From the human T2T-CHM13v2.0 reference genome, Homo sapiens, in the NCBI RefSeq assembly GCF_009914755.1, contig NC_060941.1: DNA of 64,000 bases; one strand, 5' to 3'. A model generated the notes under the pieces. That model was given only the letters and a program-made list of their open reading frames with translations. It did not search any database and was not told the origin of the DNA. This document shows positions 12,141 through 25,449 of the stretch, piece after piece; positions within the stretch are counted from its first letter, which is position 1, and each line of letters starts with the position of its first letter. Made by a program: the position numbers and the translations under genes.

Positions 12141-14682
12141 TAACCCCATAATCACTGATCTATTCTGCCTCCAAAATCCAAAGAATTCCATGTAGGTACT
12201 CCACCCCTTTCTTAGTGAAAGGAGGTGCAAAGTACAATATCTGTTTTAAGGCATATATCCTTCACTTTAAAGGATATATCCTGTTATGTTGAAGAACACT
12301 GGATTTGCAGACAACTTCCTTAGTTAGCATGTTTTCCAAAGACATATATTCTAGTTATCTGATACATATATCTTACTAAGAAATCTATGGTGTCTGCTAC
12401 TTACTACTCTCTAGATTTTCACATGATAGTTTTAATATAGTAGAATAAAGTCCTTCTTGGCAGTGATGAAATTAGTCAAAGTCCCTGTTGTTTCAGTTGA
12501 GATAGAAAAGGAAGACAGTTGATACAACCTTCAGTCATGATTTTAACAGTATCCTACTGCTCTGCCTAGGTGAAAATAAACTCTAAAATTTGAAGAGGAA
12601 TTCATTTGCCAGATCGACAATTTCATATTATGTGCTAAGGTCTTTATTAATTTGCTCCATTAGAGTGTTCATATATGGAACACTCATTTCAATTGAAGTC
12701 ACCACCTGAATAAGTTATCCATAATCCTTTTATTCTGAAGAACTGTCAATCATATGCACTGGAAAAACTCAGAAAGTAAATAGGAATTTATTCAGAATTG
12801 CCACCTCTGTATCATTCAAAGTTTTGAAAGATATCTTTGCAATTTCATCAAGGGTGAAATATTTCTTTTTTTTTTTTTTTTTACTGCTATTGAGAGAAAA
12901 TCCAACGACTTCAACTTGCCATCATTACTATCTTAACCCTTAAGTAATTTCATGGAGCTAGGTTTCTGCCAGTTGCTGAGGCTCTTTCTTGTCTCTATAC
13001 ACACAAGAACTGGAGAAGTGATCACCAAGGTTGGTTGGAGTCCCTCTGAGCCTATCATTAGGTAAGTGCAAGTGAGAACTTCATTTATCACCAAGTCCCT
13101 CTTGAACTCCCATTCTGACTGATACATTTCCACTTCTAAGATTCAAATGGTACAAAACTTTGTGTTAATTATTATTTTTTCAGTGGCATTACCAAGCCAA
13201 TAGCCACAGGGGTCTGAAAGGCTATAAGTTTTGCTTTAACTTAGGTCTAGAAATTAGGGAGAAGAGCCTGACTCTGTATCCCAGCGACCAAGTCAGTCAC
13301 TTGTTCTCTGAACATCCTTAGCACAGCCAGTAAGGGGAGTACTCTCTGAAATAAACACAGTTGATTTTTTTCTCTCCTTTATCATCTTTAAAATGCCCTC
13401 ATTATAAGTCCAATTTTTAATCTTCTAAAAAAATCCCTCTATGATGAAGAGTTTTATTTTTAACATAAATATGTCTCAATTATTATCTCAGAATTGCATC
13501 TCACTTACATTTGATGCTGTCTTGCATCCACATGCTCATACTACCTTTATTCTAAACATGGTCCTCTGTAGCCAGGTAATTGGTTTCTGGTCTTTAGTGA
13601 TAAGTAATTATGAGAAGTTTTCTTCAGCAAAGATCCCTGGGGCTGATAATAATTGTCTAGCTGACATAATTAAATCATTTCTGACAATTCAACAAGTCTT
13701 ATTCTTGTTTAGGTGAAAGGTGTTTGGGATTAATATTCTTACTTTTGACATCTTCAAAATAGGAGAAAAAAAATCAACCAACAGGAGTTCACATATATGA
13801 AGTGTGATCTAATTCCTTAGCAATTAGGCAAGATTTAGAAATTATTTTTGTATTTCTATCTAATTTAAGATGGCTAGCAGTTAAACAATACATTTATTAA
13901 TCCTCTTCAACAATATTGCATTCCAATTACAGAATAAATCTACAAATAAGGTGAACCCATGACTGTGCTACCAAATCCCGATGGATCCCATCAACAAACT
14001 GAAAATGGTACCGAATTTCTTGAAGATGAGATGAAAATACAACCAAAGACCATGACTGAACACTTTAAATCCTACTCAGATTAAGGAATAGACTATTGAA
14101 AAAGAGTGGGTTGTTTTGCAGAGGAATCTAAGCATAATTCATGATGTAAGGAAATGGAGCAAAGGAGAAGCCAGCTATGGTGTAGTCAGTAGAGAAATTA
14201 ACTAAAGAGATAGAAACAGTTGCAGAAGTTCCCCATTCTCAGAATAAACCCTCCTTCTCTCACTGTTTACCCCCAGGATAAAATCACAAGTTCAGCCAGT
14301 CAATTAATAAAATAAACTGAAACAGTATTCCAAGACACCTAAGATACCAAAAAGGATGCAGGTCCATGCACAGAGAAGGCAATCTACCTGCAGTTGTACA
14401 AACGCAACTGACAGCCTGCATGTTTATCGCACCTTGAGGTTTGACAGTTTAGTACTTTTGTGGATGCTGTGAGCTGTCTTTTGTGTGTGTGTATGTGCTT
14501 ATGTGTCAGTGTTATTTTTTGTTGCTTGAAATTTTGAGAACAGATGCTCAGGGATATGTATGTATGTGGAATTGGTTATTGGGTTGACATGAGACAGGAG
14601 TGATAAGACAACTTCTCCTGTCAATCCAGATTCCCACATGGAAAATTAGCAGCAGAAACAATAGGAAAATGATTTAACTGAT

Positions 14683-14728
14683 TGCATAGTTAGCTGGATC
14701 CATGTGCATAATTAGCTGGATCCATGTG
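14683..14728. repeat. 22-bp tandem duplication
   Basis: TGCATA(G/A)TTAGCTGGATCCATG x2. Confidence 0.9.
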
Positions 14729-14901
14729 AGGAATATACAGAAATGGTTTCTGTGAAATGCTAAATTTTAATTTGATTTTACAGGACAAGTCTGCTATGTT
14801 GCCTGTATACTTTAAGGCATTCATCAGCAAAGACTGAGAGTCTACCAATTGGAAGGAGGCTATCTGGAAGGACTGATAAAGCTAAGCAAGCCAATAAATG
14901 G

Positions 14902-15575
14902 CCCAGCAATCCTACTGCTGAGTATATACCTCAAAGAAAGGAAATCAGTATATGGAAAAGTTATGTGCACTCCTATGTTTGTTGCAGCATTGTTCACAAT
15001 AGCTAAGATTTGGAAGCAACCTAGGTGTTCATCAGCAGATGAATGGATAAAGAAAATATGGTACATATACACAATGGAGTACTAGTCCACCATGAAAAAG
15101 AATGAGATCCAGTCATTTGCAACTTGGATAGAACAGGAGATCATTATGTTGAATAAAACAAGCCTGGTACATAAAGACAAACAGCACATATTCTCACTTA
15201 TTTGTGGGATCTAAAAATCAAATCAATTGAACTCATAGAGAGTAGAGGATGATTATGAGAGGTTGGGAAGGGTAGTGTGGGGTTGGTGGGGAGGTGGGAA
15301 TGGTTAATGGGTACAAAAAAATAAAAAGAATGAATAAGACCGACTATTTGAGAGCACAACAAGGTGACTATAGTCAATAATAACAAAATTGTATATTTTA
15401 AAATAAAGAAGGTAATTTGATTGTTTGTAACTCAAAGGACAAATGCTTGAGTGGCTGGATACTGCATTCTCCATGATGTGCCTATTTCACATTGCATGCC
15501 TGTATCACAACATTTCATGTACCCCAAAATACATACACCTACTATGTACCCACAAAAATGTTTAAAAATAAAAAC
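14902..15575 (+). mobile_element. L1MA2-like LINE 3' end (ORF2 C-terminal relic plus 3'UTR)
   Basis: Translation PAILLLSIY...[39 protein letters not shown] is the L1 ORF2 C-terminus; 3'UTR ends ...ACCTACTATGTACCCACAAAAA. Confidence 0.9.
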
Positions 15576-16840
15576 ATAATTAAAACAAGCAAACAACAAC
15601 AACAACAAAAACCAACCACATTGAAACACTACCCACCCCTAGTAGAAGAGACAAGACAATTGTTTCCATATGCTATTCCTCATCGTTTCTCAATAGGTAA
15701 TTGTAATTGGAACACAATATGGCCTGAATGGTGTTGTAAAAAGACATTAGTGCAGGAGAAGAAATTGCATTTAGAATTAACCAGTGGAATTTGGCAATTC
15801 ATTCTATCAACAATTTGGGTTAAATATGTGGGAACTGATTTTCTGGGTACAAGTCAAACAAGGAGAAAGGAAAGTAATGGGGGTTGGGCTAAATTGCCGC
15901 ATGCTTGTCAGTAATCAAGACACTTTTTGAATTTGCTAACACAATCAGAACCAATGACCCTGTTAGGAGACATTAAATTACCAGAAAGCCTTTGAGTGAT
16001 ACAAGGTAAGGGATTCAACAACTACAGATAATCGCAGTGCTAGATTCCATGTCAGAATACTCAGCATCTCACCATGGCCTATGAGCCATTCCACACCCTT
16101 CTTTCTCTTTAGATGGGTAAAACAATTGACCAAAATCTTTTAAGTAGAGCCCTCCTGGTTGTCCTCTGTAAGCTCTTTCTTCATTCATAGACATTTCATA
16201 AGCAATGTCTATGAAAGGCTTGTGATTTCTGATCTCAGTTTGGGTGGAATGAGTCTGCGATTTTGTCCCCAAGTGGGGCAGTTAGATGTAATTAACAAGG
16301 TGAACGTAGTCACTGTAAAAAATAGCAATATGGACATGATAGGCAGTGTTGAGGGAATGGTTTAGTATCAACAGTTTTCTCTTCTTAACCAGTCAGTCAC
16401 TCTGCAAAAAGAAAGTCAACAAATCACAAGAAAGCACTATTATTACTGGCTATGATGACAATGTTTTTTTGTATGTGTGGGGGGGCACAAAGCATGAAAG
16501 ACAGTGAAAACTAGAGACTGAGAATAAACAATTCAAGAAGTTTCAGTGTGAATGAGGAGGAAGAATTAGGATAATGACTGCAGGAAGACATGTTGACCAG
16601 GAAGGGTTTTAAATTTTCATGTGAAAGAGGATAAATTATCTGAAAACACTAAAGATCTCTTGGTTTGCCTTGATGAACAGAGACCCACAAATTTTGGAAA
16701 GAATTATAAAACATCTAAATGATAAACTCTTGGTAAAGTGAATGGTATCTCCATCAACTGGCATAAGTTTCCCCAAAACAGGTCTAACTCTCTTCAGGTC
16801 TTTTGGAAAGTTCTACCAGATCAAAGTTGTAGTGTCCAAT

Positions 16841-18169
16841 TGATGGCAGTGGCTGCTGCCATCACGATGGCCACAGCCCAGAGGTGCGGCTGGGGCTGCA
16901 CACTACATGGAGCGGGTGGGAGCCCCGCCCCTTCTGAATTGGGGCAGGAGCTCCATGGGTGCCGCTGCAGCCCCCAAAACTGTGGCTGCAGATCCTGCTC
17001 TACAGAGCAAGCAGGAGCCATGCTCTCCTGGGTGGGGCTACAGCTGCCCAAACTGCAGCTATGGATCCCAGCCTCCCTGTGCTCTTGACGGGGCCTGGAG
17101 CAGGCAGGATCTGCCCTTCTGGGTGTAGCTGCAGCTGCCACTGCCCCATCCACAGCTACAGACCTGGGCCTCCCACTCCACCAAGCAGGCAAGAGCCAGG
17201 GACATGCAGGAGCCCCACCCCTTCTGAGTTGGTGGGGCGGGAGCTCCCCCAGATCCAGCTGCAGCCATTCTCCCAGGCACAGGACCTGGGCATCTCTGCA
17301 GCCTGCACCCTTGGGGGCCCAGGAAGGCCCCCCAATTCCCAGCTGGCTCAGGGGTGTCTGCTCTCACTGCCTCTCTCCTCTTCTGGCCCTGGCTCAGATT
17401 TTGGAGCGGGGGGAGCCCCAGGGCCTTGAATGGCAGTTGGAAGCAGAATCCTGGGCTCACAGGGGTGGTCCAGGGAAGGCCTGAAGGCTGGAGGTAATGC
17501 TGCCAGTCCCATGGACTGGAGTGGGGACTCGCCATGCCTCTTCTGGGGGCCCATGGCCACCCATGGACCAATCTGCATGCCCTTCCTCCCTGCTGAGGTC
17601 CATGAAAGCCCCAGGCTCAGCCAGAGCAGGGCAGAGGGCAGAGGATGAACAGAGGACTGGAGGACATGCTGCAGAGAGGAGCTACCCTCTCTGCTGAGAG
17701 CTTCAGGGACCTGCAGAGATAATTTGAACAACCTGCCTGTGGAGAGGAGCCACTGTCTCCAGGGCCACCTCTCTGCTGAGAGCTGAACATTCCACAAGAG
17801 GACCTGCCTACAGAGAGGCAGGTGGGAACATTCCACAAGAGGACCTGCCTACAGAGAGGCAGGTGGGAACATTCCACAAGAGGACCTGCCTATAGAGAGG
17901 CAGGTGGGAACATTCCTCAAGAGGACCTGCCTACAGAGAGGCAGCTGGGAACATTCCACAAGAGGACGTTCCACAAGAGAGGCAGGAAACCCACTGTGGG
18001 TTTCCTCTGAGCTGTTGTAACACTCAATAAAACTTCTCTTCATCTTGTTTACCTTCCACTTGTCTGTATCCCTCATTCTTTCTGGATGTAAGACAAGAAC
18101 TTGGGCAAAAGTGCCACTGGCCAGAGAGTTTTCTGGCCAGAAAAGCAACACCCTAAAGATCCTGTAACA
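16841..18169 (+). mobile_element. MER52-family ERV1 solo LTR
   Basis: Starts TGATGGCAGTGGCTGCTGCCATC, ends GATCCTGTAACA; exact 4-bp TSD CAAT (16837-16840 and 18170-18173); AATAAA at 18026-18031; GC-rich internal repeats. Confidence 0.9.
17785..17986. repeat. 41-bp minisatellite (4 full copies plus partial) inside MER52
   Basis: GAACATTCCACAAGAGGACCTGCCTACAGAGAGGCAGGTGG starting at 17785, 17826, 17867, 17908, partial at 17949. Confidence 0.95.
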
Positions 18170-18598
18170 CAATGTCACTGGCATAGTTAAAAACATACTA
18201 GGGAAATCATACTTACTGAACACCAACTACGCACCAAGTCCATGTTAGGCACTGTCATATTACTAAAGAATGTATTTTGCATTGCCAATGACCTTGCATT
18301 AGATGCCCTCTAGAGTTTCTTCAACATTTAATATTTTGTGATTTTCCTAGTTACAAGTAGGCTGGTATGTCTGTCACAAAACTGTATTTTAAAACTGTGC
18401 TAAAATGAAATTAGCCACAGCCATTAACTAATTAATCATTATTGTCAGAACATAGGTTCACCCAAGAACACTGCACTGCCTACACATTTATCTAGAGTAT
18501 GCATTTCTTTTTAATAAAATAAAGTTTAAGCAATAGTTCAAAGCTTCAAGTTGAGGAAAAACAAATGTGTGATTAAGCTACTACATTGGTTCTTAGTT

Positions 18599-18670
18599 CC
18601 TCACTGGTTCCCTATGATCCTTCTATTTTATTTCCCTCATTGGTTCCCTATGATTCTTCTATTTGATTTT
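18599..18670. repeat. 36-bp tandem duplication
   Basis: CCTCA(C/T)TGGTTCCCTATGAT(C/T)CTTCTATTT(T/G)ATTT(C/T) x2. Confidence 0.9.
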
Positions 18671-19249
18671 TAATACAACTCACGTTTAAATTGCTGTATT
18701 TTAAACCTCAAAAGCATGACTCTTTGCATTTTTAAAATTCCTATTCAAGGTTACAGTTGTAAAACTATTTGCCTCTAATTGATGTCCATACAATGACATG
18801 GGGGCCAGAGAGGAGCTGAAAGGGTTAGAAAGAAGACAACTAATATGACTTTGCTAAGTTATTAATATATGATCATTCTTCATAAAGTCTTACTACTTTT
18901 TTCTAAGAATTACATTAGAAGGCAATATCCCCATATTCTCAATTAATGGTCTGTTTGCCATAACAATGAAGCAATGAAACTTCAACTGTAAGTTGATGTC
19001 AACCACTGGAATGGGTCCTCTCCTCTATCAGCTGCCGATCTCTGGTGAGGAACTCATGTGAGGAGCATGGAAGGGAATGTTAAGAGAGAGCAACAGCCAG
19101 AGCATTGGTTTTCTTTGCTGTCATACACGGCAATGAAAAAATACTTTTAGATGAAATTCATGTTATCTCTCAAGCATTAAGAAGTTTGCATGGGTTGTAA
19201 TTACATCAGTGAAGTTATATTTTCTTAATACTTCCAGTTAATCTAATTA

Positions 19250-19250
<1 letters not shown>

Positions 19251-19288
<38 letters not shown>

Positions 19289-19296
19289 TGTGTGTG
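19251..19296. repeat. (TC)10(TG)13 compound microsatellite
   Basis: Direct inspection. Confidence 0.95.
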
Positions 19297-19509
19297 CATT
19301 GAATGGTTTAAATTTGAAAAGGTGATCATAGTAATAAATATTTAATAATACATGAAAATGTGCAGCTACAGTGATTTACAAGAATATTTTTTAAGTTGAC
19401 TGTGATTGATAAGTTATTTTTACAAAATGGTTGAGTTGCAGTAATGGGAAATATTAAGCAATGGAACACTAAATATTGTTAAGACAAATCATATTTTAAA
19501 ATAGAGAAC

Positions 19510-19735
19510 TATACCTACATCAGTGCCAAGTTCTAGGCTTGTGGCTTTATATTTATGCTCTCTACTATAAACCTCACAACAACCTTGGGAAGTTAGTAAT
19601 GGCATTATTTTTTATAAGATGAATTTTCTGAGACTCTGATTATTTTAACATTGTTTTTCAATATTATTTGCCTAGTAAAGTGGACCCTGATTTGAATCTT
19701 GCACTGATCAGCTCCAAAGTTCTAAGTTTTCTAAT
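19510..19735 (-). mobile_element. MIR SINE
   Basis: AACCTCACAACAACCTTGGGAAGT...TTTTATAAGATGAA...CTGAGACTCTGA...GATTTGAATC. Confidence 0.6.
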
Positions 19736-20074
19736 TTTCAAGGCTGTTGATACTTGTACTTTGCCAGGACTGGGAGGAATATATACACAGTGTTTTAAGA
19801 AGGAAATCTACCATTCCACTAGGTCTTATTCATTGCTGATGTCAATGCTTTTTTTTTAAATTCCTTTTAGTAATTTATAAGATAACAAAGGCATGAATCT
19901 GTTTATCAAAATTATTTACCTGAGATACGTAAACTAAATGATGTGTAAGTATAGACTGCTTATTCCTGAGTGGCATAACTGACCTCAGTTCTTAACTTCA
20001 TTAGGTTGTACCGGCTTGTTCTTAGTAATTTTGAGAACTGCTCACTCCTATGATCTGTTTCTGATATTATAATA

Positions 20075-20175
20075 GTATAATAATCAACATTTATGGTTTC
20101 TTTACTATGCCAGGCATTGTTTTAAGTTCTTTGTGGGTATTAATTTATTTAATCTTTATACTAACTCTATAGCTT
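20075..20175 (-). mobile_element. MIR fragment
   Basis: AACATTTATGG...TTACTATGCCAGGCATTGTTTTAAG...ATTTAATCTT. Confidence 0.6.
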
Positions 20176-20499
20176 GAGGTGAATGAAGTTCATCTATAAA
20201 ACACCATGTGCAGAATCTTAATTTTGCTCTATTCTCTGACTTCTTCAACCTTGGTGTATGGAGCAGTGCTTAAGTACTAATTGTACTATTGTGAATAATT
20301 GGAGTGGGATACCATTTATTATTTTACTTTAGATACATCAAGTATGCATTAGTTTGGATGAAGAACACATAGAATATAAAGGACATAGACACGTATTTAC
20401 TCACCACTAGTGATAGTCATCATTTTTGTTATTAGTTTATAATCCCTCTTTTTATAAGAAACAGTGTTAACATAGAGCCAAACCTCATTTCCCTAATCA

Positions 20500-21690
20500 A
20501 GTTTTCAGTTTTTCTTCCCTAGAGATAGCTGCTACTCTGATATTGGCATACATCATTCATATATATTTTTATGCTTTTATTACAAATGTTTGTGCATAAA
20601 TAGTACATACTTTCTTGTGTACTTTAAAACATTATATAAATGATATCATGCTATTACAATCATTTTTTCAATTTGCATTTTTACTAGAATTGTATTTCTT
20701 AATTTTCCCATGCTTTTACAAGAGTCAACATTTTTTTATTGCTGAAGTGTTCTATTATAAATCAATCATGGTATATTTATCCATTCCCTTACTGAAAAAG
20801 TTGTATCTTCAACAGCATCTTGCTTTCAAACAGCGCTGCAATAAATATCCTTGGACACATGCTTAAAAATGTCTTTAGGGAAAGCAGAAAGAAATAGAAT
20901 TGCTTGGTCCTAGGATATGCATATATTATTTTTGTCAGGACTGCTTGATTCTTCTCCAAAGTGGTACTAGCAAGTTATATTCCCATTGGAAATGTATAAC
21001 AGGCCCAATTTCCAATTCTTATTGTTAACCCTTGTTAAAATATATATTAATTTTTAACAATCTTATGGTTACGATCTGGTAAAATGTTATCTTAGTTGTA
21101 CATACATGATTAAGAAATGGGTTAGGCATTTTTCCGTTTCTTTTTTGGAAATTCCACGTTTTCTAGGTGAACTGCCTATTTACATATATTACCAGTTTCT
21201 TTCTACTGAATCATTTCTGTTTGTTTTCCTTTTTGTATTTTGTTTACAAATCGTTTGTTCGTTGCATGTTTTGTTATCATCTTTCTTCATTGCATTTATG
21301 GTATTCTTTGACATATTATTTGTCAGAAATAATAAATTTAAATGCAATCATTTGTGAAACCTTAATGAAAGGTTTTTTTATATTTTTTGTCATCCATCGA
21401 AACCCTATCAATTATCAAGCACTCATTCCCATATCTGTGAAGCCTATTTCTAAGTTCATGTGTGTCTTTTTTTCTCATTGAGCTTTTTATTTATATCCTG
21501 AGACCATATTTTTAAAATTAATTTAGCTTTTTAAAATTATCAGTGCCTAATAATCAAAGTCCTCTTCATTCTTCTTCAAAAAACTATTGCTGATTTTTGG
21601 CTTTTTACAATTCTAAACATATTTTAGGAATTGTGTAAGTATTACTAAAACATATCTATTAGGATGGTTATCTAAACTGCTTTATATTCA
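20500..21690 (-). mobile_element. Old L1M (L1ME-like) LINE remnant
   Basis: T-rich antisense L1 motifs: TATTTATCCATTCCC, GCTGCAATAAATATCCTTG, AGAATTGCTTGGTC, TCTCCAAAGTGGT. Confidence 0.6.
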
Positions 21691-21697
21691 CAAGTAA

Positions 21698-21994
21698 TTT
21701 TTTTTTTTTTTTTTTTTGAGACAGGGTCTCCCTCCGATTGCCTGGCTAGAGTGCAGTGGTGAAATCTCGGCTCACAGCAGCCTCAACCTCCGGAGCTCAG
21801 GTGATACTCCCATCTCAGCCTCCCGAGTAGCTGGGACTACAGGCCCGTGACATCATGCCTGGGTAATTTTTTGTATTTATTTTGTAGAGATGGGGTATTG
21901 CCATGTTGCCCACACTGGTCTTGAACTGAAGCAATCCACCCGCCCTGGCCTCACAAAGTTCTGGGATTACAGGCGAAAGCCACTGTGCCCAGCC
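21698..21994 (-). mobile_element. AluJ
   Basis: Poly-T, GAGACAGGGTCTC, GCAGCCTCAACCTCC (J diagnostics). Confidence 0.9.
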
Positions 21995-22031
21995 CACAGA
22001 TAAATTTAAAGTTAAAAAAAAAAAAAGTTAT

Positions 22032-22352
<321 letters not shown>

Positions 22353-22482
22353 TTAACAACATATTTCTATTTACTATTTCTGTATGAGGAAGTTTCATCA
22401 AAACATTTGAAATATAAATACACAATTGAGTAAGTTGACAACATACCTAAAAGGTAGTCATGGCTATATAAAATAAATTTAA

Positions 22483-22807
<325 letters not shown>

Positions 22808-23750
22808 CGGATTCATTTTCAAAACCAGGAAAAATTTGTAAACTTCCAATGTGTCCACAAAGGCTTTTAAGGTATATACTGATTGTTGGAAACATTCATT
22901 TTTCACAAATTTGATTTCAGACAACTCAATTCATGCAGGAGACAAAATTTTAAAATTCAATAAAAGTATATCAAATAAGGACAGTAATTATGCCGAGATA
23001 AAATGAAGTCAAGACAAAACCTCCAAAATAATCAAATGTAAGAAAGTACTAGAAATTACTAGAAGGGACATGAAATATTTCAATCCTTTCTGGAAAACAA
23101 AGCCTTGAAATACTCACTTCTGACCACTCCATCATTCTAGTCAATTGGTCATATTGACTAATTGTTTTCCACCATTCTACCTGGTCCCTTTTCTTGTTCA
23201 TTTTCCAAACTGTAAATCTCTTTGAACTTCCATCTCCCTTTGTTTCACAGTTCCCACATTGCTGTAGGCTTCTTTCTTCTCACCTGAATATTATTGTTCC
23301 TTTCCCTTTCAAATATTTCCACTGCACCCCTTTGGAGGTCCCATTCCATGTAAAAATAATCCCATACATATTCAGCTTCTCTGTTGAAAGCACCCATCAT
23401 TCAAAACTGCCTCCTACCTGAAGACACTAGTTTCTCTGCAATGCACTTTTTTTGCCTACCACCTCCAATCATTCCAACACTTTGTCTGATGTTTTCACTC
23501 TACCTTTTCCGGCATTCACTGAGAATGTCAGTACATTGGCTCTTCTATTTTCTCTCAATCTATTAGGGTCCTTTTGTATTCTTTTTTTTCTCTAGCCAGA
23601 TAAAGATTAGAAATCCATTATTTTACTCTCTTGCCAGTATTCTCAGATTTTAAACCTACTGTCTTTCCCTCAGAGGCATCTCGAAAAATGTGTAACTCAT
23701 TATCAATTTTTCACTTAGTATCAACCTGCCACTTCTTCTCTTACACTCAC

Positions 23751-24086
23751 ATGTCCTCCAAAACTCCTGCTGAAATTTATTTGCCATTGTAACAGTGTTG
23801 GGAAGTGGAATCTTTAAGAAGTGATTAGATCGTGAGGGTTCTGCCCTTATGAATGGATTAATGCTGTTATCACAAAAGTGGGTTATTATGAAAGTGAGTT
23901 TGCCCCTACTCTTCTCTCATGTACGCAGGTTTTCTCACTCTCACTTTCTGGCATGGAATAACCTTTGACAAATTTTTGTACCATGCTCTTAGACTTCCCA
24001 GAATCCAGAACTGTGAGAAGTAATTTTCCTTTCTTTGGGTGTTAACCAGTCTGTGGTATTCTATCAGCAGAAAATGAACTAAGACA
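23751..24086 (+). mobile_element. ERVL-MaLR LTR, MST (MSTD-like)
   Basis: GAGGGTTCTGCCCTTATGAATGGATTAATG...GACTTCCCAGAATCCAGAACTGTGAG...GAACTAAGACA. Confidence 0.8.
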
Positions 24087-24089
24087 AAC

Positions 24090-25100
24090 AGCTATTTCAA
24101 ACTTTTTCCAGTCTCCTCAAAACTCCAATGAGATCCCTCCACTTTCAGAAGATGACTTTGTCACCCACTTTACTGAGGAAACATAGCCTCCTATAAGAAC
24201 TCCTCCAACTTCCTATGACATCTCAAACTCACCATCATTTTTACTGTTTCGTTTTTCTTCCCTTCTATTACAATAGAAGAAATAGATTCATTTCTTTAAC
24301 ACAGTGATTCTCAAGCCTTATATGCATCAGAATGACTAAAGCCATTGGTAAAACATAGACTGATGGACCCCACACCTAGAAATTCTGAATTAGTAGGTCT
24401 GGGGTGGGGACTAAGGACATAGTTCTAACAGTTCCAGGTAATGCTGAAGCTCTCCTCCAGGGACCACTATTCTAAAATAATTTCTCACTAGTATCAACTT
24501 CCTTGCTGTACCCCTAGGGATAATATTTCTTCAATAACCTAATCTTCCAATTATTCCCAAACTTTCCTTCTTTACTGAATTCTTCCCATTAGCAATCACA
24601 TATCCTCAAGTCATTTACAGGGAAAGGAAAAAAGTCCTTCCACGTATATTTATTTCAATTACCTTCTCACCTTCTCCTCCCCTACACAATTAAGCTGACT
24701 GAATTAGGGTTTTTGTTTTGTTTTGTTTTATATATACAAGTATCTTTTATTGGAGTATTTTCATGTATTTGTCATGCTACCAAAATCAAGTTATGACTCT
24801 ACACATAAACTCTTTGATAAAAGTTAAATAAAATAGCTATTTATTAGAAAATCCAATGGACACTTTTTAGTCCTCTTAATTACTACAAAGATTGTGACTT
24901 ACCTACTCCTTCCTTCTTAAAAGACATTTTCAACTTGGCTTTAATGTTTCTAATTTTTCTTCAGTCTCTTTCATCACTTTGATTAATGTTTTTTGGAATT
25001 ATCTGTTGTTGATTTACTTTCTACTTCACAAATAGTCTATCATTTTAAATTATTATTTAAATGTTGATGTTTCAAAAACCACACTAGATGTATCTCCTTC
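24090..25100 (+). mobile_element. Degenerate L2 fragments (interrupted by MER5A)
   Basis: CAGAAGATGACTTTGTCACCCACTTTACTGAG; AAATCCAATGGACACTTTTTAGTCCTC. Confidence 0.5.
24302..24475. mobile_element. MER5A hAT-Charlie MITE
   Basis: CAGTGATTCTCAA...GCATCAGAAT...TTCTGAATTAGTAGGTCTGGGGTGGGG...CAGGTAATGCTGA. Confidence 0.8.
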
Positions 25101-25449
25101 CTTTTATCACACCAGTGGGATAAATCTAGTTACCTTTACTTAAGAGGGGAGGGTATAAAGAAGAATTAGACTCTTACAGGTGGCGGGAAACTACTCCTAG
25201 TGAAACACAAGGAAAAAACAATAAAAGCAAAAGGTTATAAAAAGACAGGTGAGTGAATCTGAGATATTCTCATTTTATCAAAATAAAATGTGAATCAAAG
25301 CAGTAGAAGGTATCAAACAGTCATTGAATATACAGGAGAATAAGTTTATTATAATTTTTGAAACATTTTCAGGTGAATTTTAGAGTCTGAGAAAGTAAAC
25401 CTTAAATTATTAATTATACTGGTATGTCTCATTTTATAATTTTTTATCG

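Noticed and set aside
14849-15085. 78-aa ORF with real protein similarity
   Set aside because: It is a relic of the L1 ORF2 C-terminus in a truncated L1MA copy, not a host gene
17785-17986. CRISPR-like array (regular, partly palindromic repeats)
   Set aside because: Units are head-to-tail with no unique spacers, there are no cas genes, and the context is a primate LTR; it is a minisatellite
16738-18226. Cluster of 100-170 aa overlapping ORFs
   Set aside because: They lie inside the GC-rich MER52 LTR on both strands, are explained by stop-codon scarcity and show no recognisable domain
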